DNA from: a virus
Lineage: Duplodnaviria; Caudoviricetes
Strand: one strand, 5' to 3'
Virus record (IMG/VR): IMGVR_UViG_3300036818_000059
Span: 1 to 60,551 of that record
DNA: 60,551 bases
Both the position numbers and the translations under genes were made by a program. The notes below the pieces were generated by a model. The model saw only the letters and a program-made list of their open reading frames with translations, had not been told where the DNA came from and ran no database searches. Of this stretch, positions 54,579-60,551 are shown piece after piece. Within the stretch, counting starts at the first letter, position 1, and the number at the start of each line of letters is the position of its first letter.

Positions 54579-55827
54579 CGGTGGGCTCCTTGGGGTCGTG
54601 TGCCTCCGTACCGGTCCCGGACGAGGAAGCGGGATAGGCGGCGTTGCTGTCCGAGACACGGCCGAAGCAGGCGGCGTGACCCATCTGTCCGCTCGGCTTC
54701 CCGCACCGGCCGCAGTGCCAGTGGCTGCCCGTGGTGACCGTCCGGCAGCGCTCGCACCAGCCGCCATTCGCTGCCCGCAGAAGGGCGTACGGCTGCTCCT
54801 GTGGTTCGGGTTGGGCGGCAGGCGCGGGGGCATGTTGAAGCGGGCTTGCATTCTCGGCGGCTGGCGCGATCTTGTGGCTGGGGATCGGCATGTGGTAGCC
54901 GATGCACACGCCACCGACCGTTGGACACTCGACGTGGACGTTCTCGTACCGGCCTTCCGGGCAGTCGCAGGAGCGGGCGTCGGCGTCATGCCGGGTGCAC
55001 CACGGAATGATCTCCGGGTCCTCGCGCTCAGCCTCGGCGTGCACGTCCTGCGTGAGGTGTTCCCACGAGCGGAGCACGGACGGCAGCGCGCGCGGCGGCT
55101 CGGCGGGTTGGGTGGCCGGAGCGGGCCAGTGGCCGGGCACGTCGCAGCGGCCATCGAACAGCTCGCCGTAGATGTGATGTGATCCCTGCTCGGTGCACGG
55201 GCCGAACGCCCGCATCGCGAAGTCGGGGCTCGGCGGTTCGGCGGGTTGGGTGGCCACACCCCGCCACGTGCGAATAGCGTCCGCCCACTCCTCGTAGGTC
55301 GAGTTGTCCGGTGCCAGACCTTCGAGCGCGTCGAGGACCGTGAGCACGCCATCGTGGTAGGTGCTGGCCAGATTGGCTGTGTCGTCCACCTCGGCCTCCA
55401 GGGCATCCACACGGGCACGGGCAGCGGCCAGGTCGGAGGTCAACTTGACGCAGTAGTCGTTGTACTCCTCGGTGTGTTCCCGCGCCTCGTCCCGCTCGGC
55501 CAGCAGCTCGTCCAGCTCGCGTCGGTCCTCGGCACTGTCGATCAGCAGGGCGTCCCACTCGGACCGCAGCTCCGCTACCCACTCGATCAGCTCGTCCATC
55601 GTCTTGTCGTGGCCAGCGAGCAGAACGGTCGCCAGCTTGATCCGCTGCGCCTCCTGCTCGCGGTCCCGCTCGGCCAGCAGCGGCGACACCACGGCCTCGT
55701 CCACAATGCGCGCGATCTCCGCGTAGTCGATGTCCAACGTGTCGTTGACCGGATCGATGGTCGTGAACTCGCTCGGGCACTCCTGCAACGCCAGCACGAT
55801 CGCGTCGCGTGTTTCGTCGGTTGTCAC
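54571..55827 (-). CDS. Mosaic coiled-coil/zinc-finger protein
   Basis: GGAGG RBS and GTG at 55827 inside the 766-aa track ORF. Confidence 0.65.
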   Translation of the reverse strand: MTTDETRDAIVLALQECPSEFTTIDPVNDTLDIDYAEIARIVDEAVVSPLLAERDREQEAQRIKLATVLLAGHDKTMDELIEWVAELRSEWDALLIDSAEDRRELDELLAERDEAREHTEEYNDYCVKLTSDLAAARARVDALEAEVDDTANLASTYHDGVLTVLDALEGLAPDNSTYEEWADAIRTWRGVATQPAEPPSPDFAMRAFGPCTEQGSHHIYGELFDGRCDVPGHWPAPATQPAEPPRALPSVLRSWEHLTQDVHAEAEREDPEIIPWCTRHDADARSCDCPEGRYENVHVECPTVGGVCIGYHMPIPSHKIAPAAENASPLQHAPAPAAQPEPQEQPYALLRAANGGWCERCRTVTTGSHWHCGRCGKPSGQMGHAACFGRVSDSNAAYPASSSGTGTEAHDPKEPTDG

Positions 55828-56718
55828 CGGCCAGCCTCCCCAGGATCGTTCGCCAGCATCTTCTCTACATCGCGAGGCCAGACACCCGCGTCTTCCTCCG
55901 CCTTGCGCCGACCCGACAGCCTCGTCAGCCAGTCGATGTAGCCGTCCAGCTTCCGTCTCGCGGCCAAGGCGTCCTTCAGTTCGCACTCGATCGCCTCCGG
56001 GGCCGCGTAGACATCGAAGCGGCATTCCTTCGTAGCTGATCGCAGCCTCTACGAACGCCACGGGAAGGTGGCCCGCGTCGTGCGTGGCGTCGTATCCCTC
56101 GGCCTCGATCTGCCTCTGCCGCTCGGCCGCGATCAGTTCGGCTCCCGTCAGTGCGGCCTCGTCGTCCGGCTGTGCCGCGATCTCCACCATCAGCGGCGGC
56201 GCGAAGTTGCCGAGGTACTTCACGGTGCCGTCGATGCGGCGTCGACCCTCATGGACAGTGACGGCATCGCCAGCATGAAGTGCGCCCGCGATCCACCGGC
56301 GCCGGATGCGTTCCGCCACGGCCCGCATGAGGGTCTTGTTCTGCTCGGGCACGTCCGCCCAGGGCTTCGCCGACGCCTCCCGCGTCTTGTATCCGAAGTC
56401 GGGAGCCAGGCGTTCGTAGGTCTCGTGGAACGCGCGGGCCACGTCCTCAGCGGTCGGCGTCTCGTCCGAGGCCGGCACTGTGGAACGCAGCTCGGCCACG
56501 CGCGAGTCCGGCTGTGCCGCTGGGGCAGCGGCAGGCTCGTCGTCGTAGCCACCCACCGCGTCCAACAGCTCGTGGTAGCCGGGCAGGGCCTGGTCGTGGT
56601 CGCCGTCGTACAGGTACGTCTCGGCGATGTCCCGGATCTTGTCGCGGTCCACGGGCTGTGCCTCCGCTCGTTCGGTTGGGTTGGGGTTGGCGGTGGGGCC
56701 AGCCGGGTCGGGGATCAT
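55824..56718 (-). pseudogene. Mosaic gene truncated near 56030 and joined out of frame to another gene's 3' end
   Basis: The high-GC3 frame switches after AAISY; the other frame ends at a TGA overlapping the next GTG. Confidence 0.55.
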
Positions 56719-57890
56719 GCCGCGGTCCTCTCGATCAGTTCGGGCAACATCGCCCGGTACGCCAACAGGGCTTGGGCCGGCACGACGCCGTTGCCCAGCA
56801 GATGCAGTTGCTCGTTGCGGGACAGGCCGGCGACTTCGGTGACCCATCCGGCGGGCAGGCCCATCAGCCACTCCACGAACACGGGGTTCAACTGGCGTCC
56901 GCCTCGTCGTCCCACAACGACAGGGTCAGGTGCGGGTCGACCGAGGACGAGCTCCCAGCGGCGGACGGCGGGCCCGTACGGTCCCCATGCCAGCTCGGGG
57001 GCAGCTCGTCCCAGCTCGTGAACTCCCTCGGCAGGATGCCGTTCGCGATCTCCACCGCTTGGTCCAGCGACGGCGACGAGCGACTGGTCGGACTGAGCGC
57101 CGCACCGCGACTGGTCCGGGTCGCCGACACTCGATGGGTTGGCAACAGAGGGTCGGCCGGCACTGCGGTCCCATCCCAGACCTCCCGGGCGATCCCCGTC
57201 AGCAGCAGCTCGTCCGAGCGGGCCCCGCCCCGTGCCGCTCTCGTCCCATCCGCATCGGCCACCGTCGTGGTCGGCAGGAGTTTCGCGATCGCGTCGTCGA
57301 GGTTCCGCTTGCCCTGCGCAAAACGCTTCGCCGCCGTCTTGCTCGACATGCTCCTCGATGAGTGATCCCCATCCCTCGCCTGCGCGGTCGGCAGCAACGG
57401 CGAGGATGAAGCACCGCTCGCGACGGTGGGGAGCACCAGCGTCGGACGCTCGTACACAGCGCCATTCCGCATCGAACCCCAGCGCGGCCAGGTCACCGGC
57501 GGCTCGGGCAAGCTCTCCGGCCACAACGATGCGACTGACGTTTTCCAGGAGCACGATGCGGGGTCGTAGGTCGCGAATGGCTCGCGCGACCGCGGGCCAG
57601 ATAGCTCGCTCATCCTCGGTTCCCTTCTGCTTGCCGGCTGAGCTGAATGGCTGGCAGGGCCATCCCGCGGTGAGCCAGTCGATCCGCCCGGCCCACGGCG
57701 CCCAGTCGGCTGTGGTGATGTCTCCGACGTTCGGCACGCCGGGCCAGTGGGCGTCGAGGACGCGGCAGGCGGGCTGGTACTGCTCGCCGTGCACGACGAC
57801 GTCTCCGCCGAGCAGCTCGCGTGCCGCCCGATCGAGGCCGCCGTAGCCACTGCAGAGCGACGCGCCGGCGAGGGTGTCGCTGTCGCTCAT
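56715..57890 (-). CDS. DNA (cytosine-5) methyltransferase
   Basis: LCSGYGG, GWPCQPFS, ENV, HRRER, LNPVFVEWLMG, GNGVV. Confidence 0.92.
   Translation of the reverse strand: MSDSDTLAGASLCSGYGGLDRAARELLGGDVVVHGEQYQPACRVLDAHWPGVPNVGDITTADWAPWAGRIDWLTAGWPCQPFSSAGKQKGTEDERAIWPAVARAIRDLRPRIVLLENVSRIVVAGELARAAGDLAALGFDAEWRCVRASDAGAPHRRERCFILAVAADRAGEGWGSLIEEHVEQDGGEAFCAGQAEPRRRDRETPADHDGGRCGWDESGTGRGPLGRAAADGDRPGGLGWDRSAGRPSVANPSSVGDPDQSRCGAQSDQSLVAVAGPSGGDRERHPAEGVHELGRAAPELAWGPYGPAVRRWELVLGRPAPDPVVVGRRGGRQLNPVFVEWLMGLPAGWVTEVAGLSRNEQLHLLGNGVVPAQALLAYRAMLPELIERTAA
56888..57613 (-). CDS. Nested alternative-frame ORF inside the methyltransferase gene
   Basis: GAGG RBS and ATG; TWPRWGSMRNG and three LLPT repeats. 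Confidence 0.65.
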   Translation of the reverse strand: MSELSGPRSREPFATYDPASCSWKTSVASLWPESLPEPPVTWPRWGSMRNGAVYERPTLVLPTVASGASSSPLLPTAQARDGDHSSRSMSSKTAAKRFAQGKRNLDDAIAKLLPTTTVADADGTRAARGGARSDELLLTGIAREVWDGTAVPADPLLPTHRVSATRTSRGAALSPTSRSSPSLDQAVEIANGILPREFTSWDELPPSWHGDRTGPPSAAGSSSSVDPHLTLSLWDDEADAS

Positions 57891-57891
57891 C

Positions 57892-57950
57892 GGTCCTCCA
57901 GGTCCCGGGGTGTCCCGGCTCGGGGGTGGCGAGCCGGGACGGGCGGGGGG
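57892..57950 (-). repeat. Intergenic hairpin plus RBS repeat, copy 1 (copy 2 near 59240-59297)
   Basis: GTCCCGGCTCG-CCACCCC-CGAGCCGGGAC followed by CCTGGAGGA. Confidence 0.85.
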
Positions 57951-58271
57951 TCAGGAGGTGGGCTCGGCGCGCAGTTGGCCAGCGGTGCGTTCGAGGTCGC
58001 CGATGATCTCCTCGACGTCCTGCGGCAGGTGGATGCCCAGATCCGCGAGCCGGTTGTCCAGGGCTCGCAGGCTGTCCGCCAAGCGCAGACGGTCGGCCGC
58101 GACGATCAGCGGGGCCGCTACGCGCACGGCCTCCATGATCAGACCCGAGACGTTGTCGTCCTCCAGCACGGATGCGTGGTAGTCGGCCTTGACCGCGGCG
58201 GCAATCCGGGCCAGCGGGATCGCCTCGGCGATCGCGCGCCCTGCCTCGTCCGGGATGGTGATCTCGCTCAT
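57951..58271 (-). CDS. Hypothetical protein
   Basis: GAGGA RBS. Confidence 0.65.
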   Translation of the reverse strand: MSEITIPDEAGRAIAEAIPLARIAAAVKADYHASVLEDDNVSGLIMEAVRVAAPLIVAADRLRLADSLRALDNRLADLGIHLPQDVEEIIGDLERTAGQLRAEPTS

Positions 58272-58300
58272 CGGTCCTCGTTTCGGTCGGGGTGCCGCGC

Positions 58301-58684
58301 TCAGGCAGCGAGGAGAGCATTGGCCAGTTCGCGGCAGCCGGTCGGCACCATGTCCGCTCCGTCGTGCCACTTGCGCCGCATCCGGGCGATCAGACGCCCG
58401 TACGGCACCGAGCAGTAGCCCTCCCGCCAGTGCTCGACCAGTTCGTCCAGCAGGTCACCGAGCGGCCATCCGTGACACATCACGGACATCACCTCGGAGG
58501 CGGCGTCGCAGTGCTGGCAGATCTTGTGTTCCTCCCACCTGCCGCCGCAGTGGCCCTTGATCCGCAGGTAGGGCTCGCCGGTCTGGATCGTGCGGCCACA
58601 CTCGGTGCAGCAGTGGCTCTTGTGAGCGAGGGGCCTCGTCTCGGTGACCACGTCCCACGGATCGCAGTCCTCTACTCGACACAT
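58301..58684 (-). CDS. Zinc-binding hypothetical protein
   Basis: CTECGRTI..GE.Y, CQHC. Confidence 0.7.
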   Translation of the reverse strand: MCRVEDCDPWDVVTETRPLAHKSHCCTECGRTIQTGEPYLRIKGHCGGRWEEHKICQHCDAASEVMSVMCHGWPLGDLLDELVEHWREGYCSVPYGRLIARMRRKWHDGADMVPTGCRELANALLAA

Positions 58685-58700
58685 GATCGGGTTCCTTTCG

Positions 58701-58885
58701 CGGGGTGCCGCGCTCAGCGGTCGGCGGGGTGCCTCGTGCCCGGGGGAAGTCGGGCACGAGGCGGGTCGGTCACTTGCGCTTCGGGTCCTGCTTCTCCTGC
58801 TGCTTGCGGTTCCATTCCTGGGCGCCGCGCACGATGCCGTCGAACATCGGGTCGGGCTTGTCTTGCTTGGCCATGTCGGTCTCCT
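58701..58885 (-). repeat. 185-bp direct repeat, copy 1
   Basis: Matches 59640-59824 with three mismatches. Confidence 0.92.
58770..58874 (-). CDS. 34-aa peptide MAKQDKPDPMFDGIVRGAQEWNRKQQEKQDPKRK
   Basis: AGGAG RBS, high GC3, duplicated. Confidence 0.7.
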   Translation of the reverse strand: MAKQDKPDPMFDGIVRGAQEWNRKQQEKQDPKRK

Positions 58886-59008
58886 CGGTGTGTCGTGCTC
58901 TGCGTTCGTTGAGCGGTCGGTCTCGGTGGGTGGCCACGGGTCATCAGGGCCAGGAGATGTCGAGCCACAGCAGACGGCCGTGCGCGGACGACTGGTGGGC
59001 GGACATGC

Positions 59009-59197
59009 TCACGGCAGGACGGTCACGTCGGCGCGGTCGAGGTCGGCCACGGTCTCGGTGGTCCAGTCCTCCGGGTCGCGCGGCGAGGCGAACCGGACGC
59101 GCCGCTGGGATTCGTCGCCCACGTCGCAGTTCGGGTGGTGCCCGGCCTGAGGCGCACCCTCGTACGGGTACTCGCAGGTGCACTCGGGCTCGGTCAC
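59009..59197 (-). CDS. Small hypothetical protein, possibly 5'-damaged
   Basis: High GC3; the RBS-linked ATG at 59231 is out of frame with it. Confidence 0.45.
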   Translation of the reverse strand: MTEPECTCEYPYEGAPQAGHHPNCDVGDESQRRVRFASPRDPEDWTTETVADLDRADVTVLP

Positions 59198-59239
59198 GGC
59201 GGTGATGCGGTAGACGTGCCACTGTGGTCATTCGGTCGA

Positions 59240-59297
59240 TCCTCCAGGTCTCGGGGTGTCCCGGCTCGGGGGTGGCGAGCCGGGACGGGCAGGGGGT
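59240..59297 (-). repeat. Intergenic hairpin plus RBS repeat, copy 2
   Basis: Near-identical to 57892-57950. Confidence 0.85.
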
Positions 59298-59611
59298 CAG
59301 GGGGTGGCGGGCGTGATGGTCGACTTCCAATGAGGCATCGCGGCGTGGCGTCCGTCCCACAGGACGTAGGCCATGTCGTCCTTGAATCTGGTGATCGTTC
59401 CGATCGCGGTGGTCTGCCCGACGTGCGTGACTCGGTCTCCGACCGCCAGCTCGCGCGGGGTGTCGTTGTCGATGTGCGGTTTGTCGGCGCCCTCGCCGCC
59501 GCCCAGCAGGCCCTCGTCGCGCAGTGCTTGAGCGATGTCCTGCGCCAGTCCGTCGTGGCTCGGCATATAGGTCTCGATGATGCGTGCGGCCTTGTCGGTG
59601 TTGTCGGTCAT
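59297..59611 (-). CDS. Hypothetical protein with SH3-like C-terminus
   Basis: GAGGA RBS; VGDRVTH...GTI...V.WD. Confidence 0.65.
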   Translation of the reverse strand: MTDNTDKAARIIETYMPSHDGLAQDIAQALRDEGLLGGGEGADKPHIDNDTPRELAVGDRVTHVGQTTAIGTITRFKDDMAYVLWDGRHAAMPHWKSTITPATP

Positions 59612-59639
59612 CGGGGTGTCCTCTCGGGTCGGCAGGGTT

Positions 59640-59824
59640 CGGGGTGCCGCGCTCAGCGGGCGGCGGGGTGCCTCGTGCCCGGGGGAAGTCAGGCACGAGG
59701 CGGGTCGGTCACTTGCGCTTCGGGTCCTGCTTCTCCTGCTGCTTGCGGTTCCATTCCTGGGCGCCGCGCACGATGCCGTCGAACATCGGGTCGGGCTTGT
59801 CTTCCTTGGCCATGTCGGTCTCCT
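59640..59824 (-). repeat. 185-bp direct repeat, copy 2
   Basis: Matches 58701-58885. Confidence 0.92.
59709..59813 (-). CDS. 34-aa peptide MAKEDKPDPMFDGIVRGAQEWNRKQQEKQDPKRK
   Basis: AAGGAG RBS, second copy. Confidence 0.7.
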   Translation of the reverse strand: MAKEDKPDPMFDGIVRGAQEWNRKQQEKQDPKRK

Positions 59825-59935
59825 TCGGCTACTTCGTGGTGCGTGTCGGGGGTGGCTGGGCACCCGGTCCGATGGGGGGTGAGCCCGGGTGCCCAGCCGT
59901 GCCGGGAGTCGGCGGACTCCAGCGGCGGAGGGAGG

Positions 59936-60148
59936 TCAGGAAGGCTCCAGTTCGCTCGGCTCTGGCATGCCCGGCTCGGTCTCCCACTCGCGGCGCTGGA
60001 TCGACGTGTCGACCTGGTACAGAGCTGAGTCGATGTCGTTCCACGCACCGGACGAGCCGAAGCCGACGTCCTGCCAGTCCTCGTTGCCCGTGTTGCGCTG
60101 GATCGTGAACTCGATCCGGTACTCGGCAGTCTCGGTGGTGGCGCTCAT
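59936..60148 (-). CDS. Hypothetical protein
   Basis: GAGGAG RBS. Confidence 0.7.
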   Translation of the reverse strand: MSATTETAEYRIEFTIQRNTGNEDWQDVGFGSSGAWNDIDSALYQVDTSIQRREWETEPGMPEPSELEPS

Positions 60149-60156
60149 GTCTCTCC

Positions 60157-60393
60157 TCAGTGGTCGGTCGGGTCGTAGGGGACGCCGAGCTGTTCGAACT
60201 CGCGCTTCAGGGCGTCTTCCTGGTGCCGTGCGCCCGCGCTGCCAGCGTCGAACCGGTCGGAGTAGGCGTCGTCGCTGATCCAGCCGCAGTCGCACACGGC
60301 CTCGTGGCGGCGACCGACCGGTCGCGTGGACACCTTGTGCTGGTCGTAGACGCTCAGCGCCGCGACCTCTCGCAGGGTTGAGTCGGATACCAC
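60157..60393 (-). CDS. Small zinc-binding hypothetical protein
   Basis: GAGGAG RBS; AVCDCGW...H. Confidence 0.65.
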   Translation of the reverse strand: MVSDSTLREVAALSVYDQHKVSTRPVGRRHEAVCDCGWISDDAYSDRFDAGSAGARHQEDALKREFEQLGVPYDPTDH

Positions 60394-60475
60394 GGGTCTC
60401 TCCTCAGCGGTCGGTGTGCGGGTCGGTCGGACTGCCAGGGCCGTGCCCGTCACACTCGGGCACGACGCCAAGCGG

Positions 60476-60550
60476 TCAGGGGGTTTCGGTCAGGCCGCAG
60501 CGCTTCGCGTCACGGGCCGAGATCGACAGGACCGTCTCGCCGGCCGGGAC
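60476..60550 (-). CDS. 3' end of a gene entering from the window edge (VPAGETVLSISARDAKRCGLTETP*)
   Basis: High GC3 frame; probable continuation of the 1-237 ORF. Confidence 0.55.
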   Translation of the reverse strand, partial: VPAGETVLSISARDAKRCGLTETP

Positions 60551-60551
60551 C

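Larger units (their letters stand above)
1..60551. mobile_element. Temperate actinobacterial siphovirus genome, probably complete and circularly permuted
   Basis: Terminase, portal, protease, HK97 capsid, tail, tape measure, lysis, integrase, repressor/Cro and replication genes; no host housekeeping genes; an ORF appears to cross the window ends. Confidence 0.93.

Noticed and set aside
54571-56871. Single 766-aa protein from the ORF track
   Set aside because: Internal RBS/start at 55827 and an off-frame segment at 55824-56030 indicate fused genes
58701-59824. DGR template/variable repeat pair or CRISPR array
   Set aside because: No reverse transcriptase or cas gene, mismatches are not adenine-specific, and there is no repeat-spacer periodicity

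Overview
The window appears to be an essentially complete, circularly permuted genome of a high-GC temperate siphovirus of Actinomycetota (host genus not determinable), opened inside an early accessory gene. Minus-strand modules: replication/recombination (RusA-like resolvase, DnaC/IstB loader, initiator with internal iterons, Rad52-like annealase), Cro and antirepressor, tyrosine integrase, an HK97-type head-tail-lysis block (47.6 to 20.2 kb) and a long accessory arm (60.5 to 47.6 kb). The CI-like repressor and a lysogeny-side accessory block (12.1-20.0 kb) are on the plus strand. The most striking feature is a pair of type II hammerhead ribozymes (283-336 and 594-647, minus strand) with covarying stems and a shared loop I/3'-tail contact. 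They bracket one small zinc-finger gene in an operon whose promoter overlaps a 26-bp-periodic operator array. Also notable: a stand-alone, apparently catalytically dead paralog of the terminase ATPase domain, a tRNA-like ncRNA lacking a normal anticodon arm, a C5 methyltransferase with a nested alternative-frame gene, an HNH insertion that duplicated a peptidase N-terminus, and a cassette-like array with repeated hairpins. All calls come from reading the sequence by eye; no searches were run.
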